Positions 32,887-44,813 of a stretch of 64,000 nt of DNA are shown here, piece by piece; the stretch's first letter is position 1, and every line of letters starts with the position of its first letter. The notes below the pieces were generated by a model. It ran no database searches and was not told the DNA's origin. It saw only the letters and a program-made list of their open reading frames with translations. Both the position numbers and the translations under genes were made by a program. Location of the stretch: the NCBI RefSeq assembly GCF_009914755.1, contig NC_060934.1. One strand, 5' to 3'. Origin of the DNA: the human T2T-CHM13v2.0 reference genome, Homo sapiens.

Positions 32887-35003
32887 TGGAATTCATTTTT
32901 AGATCTGGACCCAGGGCATGTACAAGAAGGCTCACTGTAGCGCCAAGGAATGGGAATTGGCTAGTGGTTCTATCACCGGTGGAATGGAGGAACCACAAGG
33001 GATGGATGCAGCCTATGGGAGGCTAGGCAGCCCTGGAGAGCCATGGACTAGATGCACACATTGTAAAATGGCTGGATTTCCAGAACAGTGTGGAGTCAGA
33101 AAAGTAGATAGAAGGAAATTTGCTATGTAACACCATTTGTGTAACAATTATGCACATGAAACAACACTGTATATAAAGAAACCCATGTTTAAAGACATAC
33201 ATTGAACAGAAGATGGGAGTGGGTATTTTGGAAGAAAGAGAAAATATAAAAAGAGAGGGCCTTGCGTTGACTGAGGATGACAATGTGACAAGCACTGAGA
33301 AGCATGGCTAACTAGACTTTTTGCATCCAATCTTCAAGAAAAGTAAGAAAAAAATGATTGGGAGCAATGAAAACGAATTGCTCCCGAGTGAATCAGTGGT
33401 TCAGCCAAGCTCAGCCCAGAAGTGGGCTGACTTTACTTAATAGAAAACATGGAGGCCCTAGTGAGGGGAAATGTTCTCTTAGAAAGGGTCACCCTTTCTT
33501 CTTTTCTCCCACCACCCACCTTTCCCTCCAGCCCATTATTATTAATAATAATTATTATTTACTTTACCATAGCTCCTATTTTCTAATTGTTAAACCACTG
33601 TCATGAAGCACTAAGCAGCAAGGTCAGCATTTGGTTGAAGAGACTGGCAGGAAAAGACCACACTGCTCTCTTCTGCAACATGCATGATTGTCTTCTCTCT
33701 TGGATTTTTGGCCTTGGTTTTGGCCTTGAAAACCAAGGTCAAAAATGCTGAGCACACAGGTTCCATTTCATTTGTGTTTCGCTTCCATTCACTAAGCACT
33801 TATTATGTCCAAGGTACTTGGCATATGGGTGCCTTACCTAAGTCATCTCATTTAACTTGTACTGAAAACTTAGTGATATCTGTTCCCATTTTCTAGATGA
33901 CTAAAGCTTAGAGAAGTTGTGTATCTTTTCACATGACAGTTGAACTTAACCTTCCAGGGGAGTATCACCCTAATTGGGACTACCATGAATCATCAAATCA
34001 AAGGATATATTTATTTTTTATCATATTGGGAGGGAATTTTAAGAATAGTCAAACTTTGGTTGGCTTCCAAGTGGAAAGAAATGAATCAAGTTCTGTCCTC
34101 ATCGATTGCCTGTAATATCTAACCATTCTTGTATTTGGGATTGAGAACATATTCAAAGAACTTAAATACTCCTTCGAAGCATGGGGCCACATTTAGGTAG
34201 CACCCATTTCATCTATGTTCTGTTGTAAATCCATGTCGCTGTGGAAACTGAACGACAGGAGAGGCAAGTCGCTTCACGTCTGCTACTGTTGTTGATAATT
34301 CTTTCACGTCTGTGGATATGCAACTGCATGATCGCTTGGTTTCCACCCAAGAGTTATCTGTTCATAAATTACTTTCATATTTCATAGACTACAGTCTATA
34401 AATATCTAACTGATGAGCACCTGTATGTTAGCCCAGTAAAAAACTATGCATCTAAATGGCTCAAGTAAAAATATCCAATTTAGAAGCACTGTCAGCACAA
34501 GGGAGAATTTTCTAATGCAGCCAAGGGATATAGCATTACTTCTACAGAAGTGTAGCTTTTAAAGGAGGTCACTAGTATTGCCACACCAGTGTCTTCACTT
34601 CTAAGTCTAAACCTTTCATGATGCATATATCACCTGCTTCCTAATTGGAAATTCAAGAAAGCTGTCTTCATCATACAATAAATTAAGTCGAGGGATATGC
34701 AGTAATCTCTCGACTTAAGTTAGCACTTTGAAATAAATAATATATCTGTGGCTCACAGTGTTTAATTCAATTCTGTGTCTTTCTTCAGTGGCCCTTTCCC
34801 TCCCTCCCTTCCTTCTTTTTTTCTTTCTTTCTTTTTAAATTGCCCTTTTCTTCATTATGCTATTTCTGGTTACACACACATAGACATACAACACAAATGC
34901 ATTCTCTCTGGCTAACTTTTACCTCTATGACTTTTATGCAATAGTCACATTCTTCTAGAAAAGAGAAATTATTGCTATTTGCCCTCTAACATCCAACTAG
35001 GAG

Positions 35004-35085
35004 ATCTGTATCTATCATCTATCTATCTGTCTATCTTCTATCTCTCTATCTATCTATCATCTATCTATCTATCATCTATCTATCT
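35004..35085. repeat. Interrupted (TCTA/TATC)n tetranucleotide STR
   Basis: Seen directly. Confidence 0.9.
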
Positions 35086-36139
35086 CTGTGCCAATTAAAA
35101 AAAATCCAATTCATGGAAAGGGCGGACAAATCTTCAGCTTGCAGGCAAGCATTCATTCAGAAGTGCTGAACTCATAAAACTGTTTCCAAACTCAAGATTC
35201 ACTTTGTTTTTTCCCTCTGACTAGTAGTATTTCTTCTGCCTAGCCAATGTCATAGTGACGAAAAACTGAATTTTGACAACTAATATAACATATATTGGAA
35301 GCAAGCATGAAAAAATCTCTTAGAAACATTGGACTTTTGCTTCTGAGTGTCCATAATGAAAATATTTGAGTTCCAGCTAGACCAGTAGGGTCTGTGGTTC
35401 TCAAAATGCCAGTATAGGAAACTTTGCTGAAGTTGTATAAAAGAAAAAGAATGCCAACATAAGGGTGCTGACATCCCTGATGATTTGCCAGACATTACTC
35501 CCAGAAACTTAGACCAAGACTTTCTAAAGGTAAGAAGAAACCGGTATACTTTATGTAAAAGGTGCCATGATTGGGACCATCCACCTCTAAAAGGTGGAAA
35601 TGTGTTGGACATCTCATTGTTTTCTTTTCACAGCTATTTCTTACAGTGGTCAGCACCTTCCCATACAGTTATGGGTAGCCTGTCACTCAGAAAAGTCCCT
35701 CAATGACATCTCACTGAGACTTTCTTCCCTCTGAGCTTGGGTAAACATTGTATTACCTAGAAGTCCAGAAATTGTCCAGATATTTTCACAAAGGCTTTCT
35801 CAGACCTGCTTTGCAGGAAACTTTTCATGAACTCAGCAACTCAGACCTATCACTCAACTGCTGGCAGAAATTATCCAAACCCAGATTATACTAAGTCCTG
35901 TAGGATAGTTCTAGTTTCTCCCCCAACCCGCTCTCTGGCCCCAGGCAGTACTATGTCTAGTGACATACTGTATTAGCCAAGAGCAAAGCACCAGGCACTT
36001 CATTTACATTATGACACTGGAATCTCTGCTGACAATACCCAATACAAAAATGACAAGTCATTCAAGCTGCTTTGTTACTGGAGCATGCACAAGCCCCCAT
36101 GACCCAGCACCCTTAATGTTTTGATAATTTAAAAAAAGC

Positions 36140-36215
36140 TGTTAAATCACACACACAATATGATGTCTGTCCTTAAAACAAAACTGGAGGCATTTTATAG
36201 CTAAACAATTTTATT
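36140..36215 (-). terminator. Main poly(A) signal AATAAA with downstream U/GU-rich element
   Basis: Plus-strand tttatt at 36210-36215. The minus strand continues ...ccagttttgttttaagg...attgtgtgtgtg; several upstream UGUA motifs. Confidence 0.75.
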
Positions 36216-38236
36216 GGCTTTTTGTGAAATAAAAAACACACAACAAACCACCATGGTTAAAGGCCATAATCAGCATCAACCAAATGAACCAGCCACTTGG
36301 TTACAGTAGCTGATAACAACACTAGTGGATATTATTGCTTATACCCCAAGTTCATTTATACATCCATTATATTTTGGCAAGATTACAATCAAATGGGAGC
36401 TTTGGTTGTAAAATTTCAACTATGACTACTCATTGAAAACTCATCTTCTACCATTTTATGGTGGGATACATGTCAATTCTTCCACATCTTGTCTCCTTTC
36501 TCCTTCCATCGATAAGATTTACAAGCCTATTGAAAATAATTAAGATGGATGCATTTGTAACTATCCCTACTCTACTGCCTTCTCTTTTGTCATGACAAGG
36601 TGATGCATTTCTGGGCCTCTCCTAAGATCTTCTATCTGGTGTTTCCACTGCCAGTAATAAATGCCCATCTGTAATCTAGATAGATTTTCAAATGCATATG
36701 GCTGTCAGCATTGGGGTTTGGACTCAACTGTCTCATTTCCATCTTCTGAAAAGCTAGAAGAAAAAATAAAAATAAAAACAAAATCAACAGTCCTTGGCAT
36801 TGGTAATTTGACCTCCCAACAGAATGAGCCCCACCCCCTGCCACATTAACATCCCATGGCAGGTGTGGAGCTGTGGCCTTGAAATGCTCTCTGTGTGTGT
36901 ATGTGTGTGCTGTAACATTTTAATTTACAGAGAAGCAATGACTGACTGCCTCACGAAAGCTCCCCTGCTGTCACACTTCCTAGTTTAACACTGAAAACTC
37001 AGAATGAGAAAGAGTCAGAACGAACTCACAATAGCACCATTTCCTAGACTCTTGGAATTAGATTCCTTTCCGTGTAGGAGAACGCAGGCGCCCAGCCTCC
37101 AGCTTTGTGCTTTCACAGGCTCCCAATGCATTTCAGCAGAAGTGGGTGGTCTGCCTTAGCCTACTTCTGCAGCAACATGAATTTTCCCTGGGAAGAGTTA
37201 AAAATATGGGTCTTACAAAGTGAAGTTGGCCACAGGTGAGAAGCCTGAGGAAGCCTGTTTCTGGTGGTGAGATGTGACAAGCCTGTAGATGGCAGGAGGG
37301 AGTCCAGGGACCTTTTCCCTTGCCCATCTCAATTCAAGTCAGTGAAGAATCTGCATGCAGAAGCATGGCAAGTTCAAGGAATACTGAGAGATGTAAACCC
37401 TAATACAGCAATCCGAACACCAGCGCACTAATGGTATCTTATGTATTCAGGTCCACCAGTGAGTTTGCCCTGGATAATGCTGGGATTTAATAAGCCCTTC
37501 TAATGATTATAAAGATTGTCCTCTTGAAACTAGACATTGGAAACAACAGAATATTTGATATCACTATATTTTACATGGCACATATAACCATATAATTACC
37601 AGCACTTAACACGGCAAATATTGTAAATACACATTCTTGGAGTTGACTTTGTAATTACACCGATGTTATTCAACAGAACAAAGATTAAACACTCTCCAAT
37701 TTGCACTTTGGGAGATTTCAGTCCCCTCCTTCCTTTCACAACAAAAGGATAACCCTCTAATTACGTAATAATGCTCGGTGGTCATGTGGGCAAAGAGAAT
37801 CACAGGGTGACTTCATAATCAATTGTGGCCTGTAAAATAAAGTAATACACAGTATTTTCATTTCAACAAAATACAACAGACCATATAAAAATATTTTCCA
37901 ATCTGGAATCAGAAACATGAAAGCTGAATTTTTTTTCTTTGTATAAAAAGAAACAAAATAACAGACTAAAGTTTATTAAGCCTCCTAACAAAAAAAATAT
38001 ACATATCAGTTTAAGGAATGCAGTGAGAGTCAGCTTCCCTTTTTGTCCAGGCTCATTGATGGTGAGCTTGTGCTTTGATCCTAACAAAGATAAATGCACA
38101 AAAGTGGAGGAAGATCAGTGCCCGAAACCTGAACTATGTCGTATCTCTAACAAGACGAATTTTATAGTAGTGCTTTGAAAAGTGGTGGATCAGATTACCG
38201 ATTGGTTTCTGTTTTTTGTTTTTTTTCTCTTCCTCT
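36195..38236 (-). other. RHOBTB1: RHOBTB1 3'UTR (~2 kb, no obvious transposon)
   Basis: Lies between the stop codon and the AATAAA at 36215-36210; U-rich. The 3' end is approximate. Confidence 0.8.
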
Positions 38237-38406
38237 TCAGGCCACTGCTGGAGATGAATTCCAGAAGCACCACTTTCGTCTTGAGCGATGCTTATTTAGT
38301 GCAATATCTTCCTTCTCTCGTTCCCTTTTCACACGCTGGTAGTGATCTTCTTCCTTCAGGTACCACACAGGGGGCCAGCGGTGCCGCTCGAAGTATTCCT
38401 GGTTGT
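38237..38406 (-). CDS. RHOBTB1: RHOBTB1 last exon, coding part: [17 protein letters not shown]...[12 protein letters not shown]
   Basis: ORF 38237..38431 contains the RhoBTB C-terminal HRWPP motif. Acceptor ccttcaccag|AC, stop TGA at 38239-38237. Confidence 0.96.
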
Positions 38407-38494
38407 CTGGTGAAGGAAAGATGCAGACCATAAGACCTGCGGTTCATTGATGCCTTTTATGTGCTAGGCCTTGAGCTTAAAGCTTCTCAAATAT

Positions 38495-38652
38495 CCTCTC
38501 AAAAACGTGATGCGGCAGAGACTGTGATTAGGGCCATTTGCAAAAGGTGACACTAACGTTCTGAGAGGAAGAATCTCTTACCTGTAGTCATGCAGCTGGG
38601 CACAGAGAACCTGAACCCAGGACCACCTGATTTCAGAGTCTAAGCCTGCTCC
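38495..38652 (-). mobile_element. Diverged MIR in the last RHOBTB1 intron
   Basis: ccatttgcaaaaggtgacactaacgttctgagagg...gaacccagg...ttcagagtc. Confidence 0.55.
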
Positions 38653-38939
38653 TAAGCTTGTCTCCCTAAACAAGGGGAAGGCCACCACCTCTGCACTCTC
38701 TGCAACAGGGCACCCTGGACTCTAGCCCACCCAACTCCCCTCATCATCAAGTTCTCCAAAGACAATTCCCAGCCTTCAATTCCTTATGTCATCTCACATT
38801 AATATGTGACCACCAGCCAGTCTCGAGGAATCATCCATGAGCTGCCTGCTGACCATGTTCCTTTCCAGGGACATAGAAGATAAAAGCTTCCATGAGAGGT
38901 GAGGAGAGCTGGATGAATGGGGGCCTCACACAGTCTCAC

Positions 38940-39045
38940 CTGCAGATTTTGATTTGATTTCCTTACGGAACTTGGAGCATACACTGTTGTAGTTGGTGCA
39001 GATGTGGTGCAAACACCAGGCGGCCAACTGGTGGGCATTGTGAAA
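38940..39045 (-). CDS. RHOBTB1: RHOBTB1 penultimate exon (106 nt): [19 protein letters not shown]...KSKSA
   Basis: Manual translation. Acceptor cttttctgcag|TTT, donor GCAG|gtgaga. Confidence 0.95.
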
Positions 39046-39972
39046 CTGCAGAAAAGTGAGCAAAAGGAGGGTAAGACTATTTTCTAAAGAGGGGCTACAA
39101 AGAAATTGGGGAAGCCATTTTAAGGGTGAAAAGAAATGAAGGGCTTATATAACTAATTTGGTAAACCTCTTGTTTTGACCTCAATGTTTTGACTTTGGCC
39201 ATGGCTCCAATGCCAGCCAATGTAGTGCTGGGCACACCCCTCCTTTCCCTGCTGTCATAGGTGCACAAAAATAATTAATATCGAATCACGAGCTTAAAGT
39301 ATGCCTCGCCCTCCCGCCCTCCCCTGCCACCTGGCCCTCTAGTGCTAAACAACCGTGGCCTCTGGAAGGCACCAGCCCACAGCAGAAAGCAGCGATGTCA
39401 TCTCTGTTTAAGGAAGCCTCCGCAATGGAATACTTCGTGTCGCATGTCAGAGCTCAGCTTGCTGGGGCCAAGATCCGAAAGAGGAGACTGCAGAATGTGT
39501 GACTGTCCTATACCTCTCCTTTGGTTACATAAGAAGAGCAGGCGGTATGGGCAGGGTGGAGAGATCCAGATACTCCACCCTTCCATTCTAAGCAATGCTC
39601 AGGAAGGTGGCAGCTGAGGTGGCTATGATTAAAAAAGACTAGATCCTCAAAAATCAACTATCTACTCCCCCATTCCCTCCCCAGACCTGGTGGGCCTGCT
39701 GCGATCCCTCACTTTCTGTCTGTGCCCTTCTCTGACTTCCCTTCTGTTGTCTGTCGCTCTTGATGTTTCTTTGGTCAGGTGGATCCCTAGAACCTACAGC
39801 ATGCTTCCTCTGTGGCCCCATATCTCCACTGTGAGGCCAATAGAAAAGCCAGAGACCTCAGAAACCCACTCAAGAGACTCACTGAAAATCACAACCCAAA
39901 CATCAGAGACAGTTTTAGCTGGTGCTTCCAACTTCTCTTGCTGTTAGATTTCTCTCTGAAAACAAGGCTGGG

Positions 39973-40171
39973 GCAGTGTTCTGCCAGGTGGGTTTGTTCC
40001 AGCTTGAGAGAACCAATTGTGTGCATTTCTTCCCTACTTTGAGTTTAGTGACTTCATATGTTATCATCAGCCATGATGGGAGTATTTATATCATAGAAAT
40101 TGGCAAACGCAACAGATTGGGGTCCCACTTGCCCTCAAGCTGACTGTTAAACACTTACCAGCACATCACTA
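39973..40171. mobile_element. MER63-like hAT element
   Basis: gccatgatgggagtatttatatcatagaaattggcaaacg...gttaaacacttaccagcacatcact. Confidence 0.6.
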
Positions 40172-41708
40172 GGTTAGGGTCTAATGAATGAGCATGGGAG
40201 AATCCATCCTAAGCTCTTCCTGCCAAGGCTTGTCAGGGCTTAGCAATAATCATATTATTTCCTTGTAGTGGGTGTGTATGGGGGTAAGGTGGGAACACAG
40301 TGCAACAAACAGACACAACTGCAAATCATTCCCTCAAGTGAATGGTCCCAATATGAAATTCTGGATCATTACATTTTTCTCTAGGAGGAATACTTGCTGG
40401 AGAGAGTACAGGTTATAAACCATCCCCTGGAACTGTTTCAAAAGACCCCAAATTCCAAGTGTGAACAACCAGTTTTGATGGGGGCTTGCTGATTCGACTG
40501 CATTAGATGTCTATTCTCAGTTTCACTGTAATCCCTAATTGGATTTTAATAATTTGTGTTTGTGTCTGTTTCCCTTACTTGCCTATGATTGCCCTGGGGC
40601 AGAGGATCTACCATTTATATGTACACGGCCTTTGCCTAGGGCGGTGCCTGGTATTTGGGGAGAAAAATAACAAATACTTGTTGAATGCTAAGTCATAATG
40701 AATAGGTCGCTGTAAAGTTCAATTCCGCCTTTTCCCCCTTTTGCACCAGAGCAATCTCCTCTGGCCACAGTAGGAAGGGCCTGAGCAGCACCTGCTGGAT
40801 GCCACCTCCTCTCCCTGAAACCACCTCCTTTCCTTTGATTGAGAAATATTGATTTAAATGGACTGACCTAAGACTTAGTAAGTCATTGTCTTAACAGAAA
40901 GAGGGAGCACAGGAAGCCAAACCCAACAGGCCGAAGAAAAGACTGAGGAATTTATTCTTAGTTTCCTCAGAGTGTAAATTCATTGTTAATCAGCCTGTGC
41001 CAGGGACTAGATAATTCTGCAGATGTGCCTGGCATTGTAAGAGGGCTTACACTCTTCAGTGCTCGCTCTTGAACATTCTCTCCCACTTCATTCTCAGAAT
41101 AATCTGTAAGGTTGGTAGGATGCAAACTGTCATCCCATTTCCTGTGGATGAGGAAAGTGAGGCAGAGTTTAGCTTGTGCTTTGGGGAAGTTACTCCATGG
41201 TGAAGCTAAAGCTGAATCTTGGACCTTCTCTGGAAGAAGAGGGCAAGTCTGTATTGGGATTATGTTATTACAATCTCAATATTAGCAACTTCTGACTTTA
41301 GAAAACTCCAGAACAGCTGCAATGAGATGTTCATTAACAGGGGAGGCACTACGGGGCTTCATGGAATTCTAGAAACTGTCTCTTCTTGGCCAAATACATG
41401 TCCAAGAATTCAAAGAAGGAGGAGAGACAAAACCTCCCCCAAGTGATTTTCCTACATATGAAGCTGGTGCCTTAGGGGACAATGGGACTGGCATGGGGGT
41501 GGGGACCGTTTTGTTTATTCAAATGAAGCCCAGCAGGCTGAATGGTACATAAAAGGTAAAACTCTCAGATCTTCTTAGTGTACACAGGGGGACTCTGTGA
41601 CTCAGTGGTGACATCTTTATTTAGACAGATGCAACAATGGAATGTTTTATCAGCATTAAATGAACTGATTGAACACACTTAAAAGGTAAAAAGCAAACTG
41701 TTACAAAC

Positions 41709-41797
41709 CTGAGCCAATTCCAAGTAAGAGAGCACTTCTCCGTCAATGCCCACGCCACTCGTGGCGGCTTTGGTCAACTCCTGAACGGCATGCTGTT
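41709..41797 (-). CDS. RHOBTB1: RHOBTB1 exon (89 nt): EQHAVQELTK...LELAQ
   Basis: Part of ORF 41679..41999. Acceptor ctctcttccccag|AA, donor CAG|gtttgt; phase 1 to 0. Confidence 0.94.
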
Positions 41798-42052
41798 CTG
41801 GGGAAGAGAGAGGGGGCAGGAGAACATTAAACCACACCCTGCGAGCCAGGTAGCTTGCCTGGAGGGTTGGTCTGGGACGACTTAAGAAGGGAGGAAATGT
41901 GGGACACAGCTCTGGGCAGGCATCTGAATTAAATCCAGAAGCTGCTCTGATGTGTGGTCTTTCACTACTTGGGGTTCTGCTGCCAGCCACTTCACCCACA
42001 CCTCTGGGGACTCTAGTTCATGGCTCTGAAATAGCCAGAATCCTCCAGTCCT

Positions 42053-42256
42053 GCAATGTTCTGTGCAGGATGATAACTCCTGGCCACACGAGACTATTTA
42101 AACTTAAATTACTTAAAATTAAATGAAATTAAAAGTTCAGCTCCTCATTCACGCTAGCCACAGTAAGTGCTCAACAGCCACATGTGGCCGCTGTTTGGAC
42201 CATCCAGATATGAAATGTTTCCATCACTGCAGAAAGTTCTACTGGATGGAGTGGCT
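42053..42256. mobile_element. MER33 (hAT-Charlie) fragment
   Basis: aaattaaaagttcagctcctca...ctagccaca...ttccatcactgcagaaagttctactgga. Confidence 0.7.
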
Positions 42257-43654
42257 CTAAACAGTCTAGCACCTTCCTAGAGTCCTCTAGACTTTAGACA
42301 CGTTCCTGTTTGACAGTTTCCCCACTCACATCACTGCAATCCTTAATATCCCTGATGGTGAAGAGGTTGAGTGACAGAGGAATGAGTCTATTTGAGGAAT
42401 TAAAAATGTGATTGCGTACGTCTGTCTCAACAGCTACAGATGGATAACATATTGTTCAGCCTCTTGGATTCTAAAGACTGGGGAGACCTGCAGTTAGAAG
42501 TAACAAAAATGCAGTAGGAAGAGCCATTTTTGCTTGGGAGCTTGAGTCCAAGGCTTCCAAGCTGAATTTACGTTCTGGTCTGAAGCTAGGCCATCTCTTG
42601 CCTTTGTAAGGGCTGTCACCTGCCTCTGAGACTGACGTGTGAGGGTACAGCCTTGGCTCAGCATTTCTAGGTCTTTGACATTGATGTCATCTGTAGCATT
42701 GAATTTGTTCTTCTAATCCAGCACATTGTCCAAATCATGCTTACTTTCTGCTCCAGCTCTGCATGCTTATTGGTCAGTATGCCTATATCTGGTCAATACA
42801 GTATCGGGAATGGAATGATTTCTTTGGCACAAACCTCCTCAACTAGATTGAACTATTTGGAACTAAATTTCCCAGAGAAGTCATCTGGGCTTTGCCGTTT
42901 TAAGTAACTGCAACATTTCCTGACATTTATTTAACACTGGCTCACAAAGCATTGTCACTGTAGAAACTGATTTTTAAACACCATGTTCTAAACACTCTAC
43001 ACTAGACAGTACAAAGCAAATACTATAAAGGATTAAAGGAATCATCTTGGGAAGCTGTATATTAAATAATCATAACAGTAATAATAGCATTTAATAACTA
43101 AACTAAATGTTCATAGAAGTCTAGAGTTCACACAAAAAGCTTTACTTGGGTCAGTTAAAAAAAAACTTTCATGGAGAAATCAATCCCATGTTTTCATTGC
43201 CAGACTTAATATTTAAGCAAAACTGGTACTAGTCTGAGATTGATCACAAACCTTGTTGGGCAGATTTGGCTCCAAATTACATTTGACAGTTTCAAAAATA
43301 AATAAAAATGTATCCTCAGGAATAATTTATAAAACCTGTGGATAGTTAGATGGCTTGGAACTCATGTTTCTGAAAAAAGTAATTGCCCATGGAAGCCTCC
43401 CAGAGTGAGTATTTTAAAAAACTAGTGCACTCATTTGGATCTATTAAGTATATTGGTTAAAAACAGTTTTTAAAAATAAATCTAATATTGATGCCTCAAC
43501 TCGCTCTTTCTATCTAACTGGGGAGGAAGTAGGACAAAGAGAGGACTTTGATCTCCAGGTGGTTGTGTGTAGTAGAAATCTGGAGGACAGAGAAATTAAT
43601 CTTTTATTTTTTCTAAAGACATTGCCAGAAAGTCAAGTGCAGATAGGACTGGTT

Positions 43655-43790
43655 GGTTTGTTCATACATTCATCTTCATTCATTCAATTGTTCAACAAAT
43701 ATTTATCGAAAGCTAATATGCTCAGGCACTCAGAAGAAAGGCCAGTGAACAAGACAGGCACTGTTTATCTCTACTTTGGTGGTTAACAGG
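43655..43790 (-). mobile_element. L2 3' end
   Basis: ttcattcattca...caacaaatatttatcga...aggcact. Confidence 0.65.
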
Positions 43791-44049
43791 AATCAACTAA
43801 ACATTGTGATAAACACCCAGCTTGCAACTTAACTCCTCTGGTGTAAAGTGAATGAGGCTGAAGATCTGAATTCCAGAGAAAGGCATTTAAGTTCATATAT
43901 CCTATGCAGACCTGCTTCAGCTTCCCAACTGAACAAATCTAGAAATGATACATAAGATTTTGTGAAGTTAAGCCAAGTTTCCCTTTTTTCTCTTTCTCCC
44001 AAAATGAACTTGACAATGTCAGAACATTTTCTAAAATAGCTTTAAGAAA

Positions 44050-44290
44050 ACCACTTACATAATGCTTACTATGTGCCAGACGCTGTTCTAAGGACTTTAT
44101 ATTTTAACTCATTTAATCTCCATAACAGCTCTATGGCTGAATAATATTAGCCCCATTTTAAAGAGCGAGAAAGCTGAGACACAGAGCTAAGGTTACAGGA
44201 CAAAGTCACCTGGTCAGTAAATGGTGGAGTCAGGGTTTGATCTTAGGCAATCTGGCTCTGTCATCTGTTTTCCTAAACAGTGCATCTACT
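44050..44290 (-). mobile_element. MIR
   Basis: gcttactatgtgccagacgctgttctaag...ttaactcatttaatc...cccatttta. Confidence 0.8.
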
Positions 44291-44662
44291 GCCTTCTTAA
44301 AGACTGTGTCTGTGCACTTATTATGGAGATAATGTTGACAAAATAGTTTTATTTCAAACTCTGGGGTGCACAAATGATTCAGCATGCATACAGCGTGTGC
44401 CTCAAGGGCAGGGGTCATGCATTACTCACCTTCATAGCTGTATCACCTAACAGGGCCCACCACAGAGTGGGTGCTTAAGAAATATATGTTGAATTGAATT
44501 GGGCTGTCTGATGCAATTTGATTAATTCATATCATTCTACACAAGACAGTCCTATTTTGGGTGATAAAAAATCAATTTTTATTCTCTGTAAGAATATTTT
44601 TATTTAAATGTGATTTTGACAAATATGACAGACACTGCATGGCCCTGAGTCATCATCCTTAC

Positions 44663-44813
44663 CTGCAAGTGCAACCAAGTGTGGCAGGCAAAATCTGTTT
44701 GCCAAGGCAATTAATTCCAGCGGGTCCAGATCCAAGTTAGGAGACAACTGCTTGGTATAGAGATAATCCAATACTGCTTGCATTGATATCTTGTTTATGT
44801 TCGGGAGATACAC
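44663..44813 (-). CDS. RHOBTB1: RHOBTB1 exon (151 nt): second BTB domain, VYLPNINK...LDYLYT...LPHLVALA
   Basis: Part of ORF 44604..44867. Acceptor atttcag|GTG, donor GCAG|gtaagg. Confidence 0.96.
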
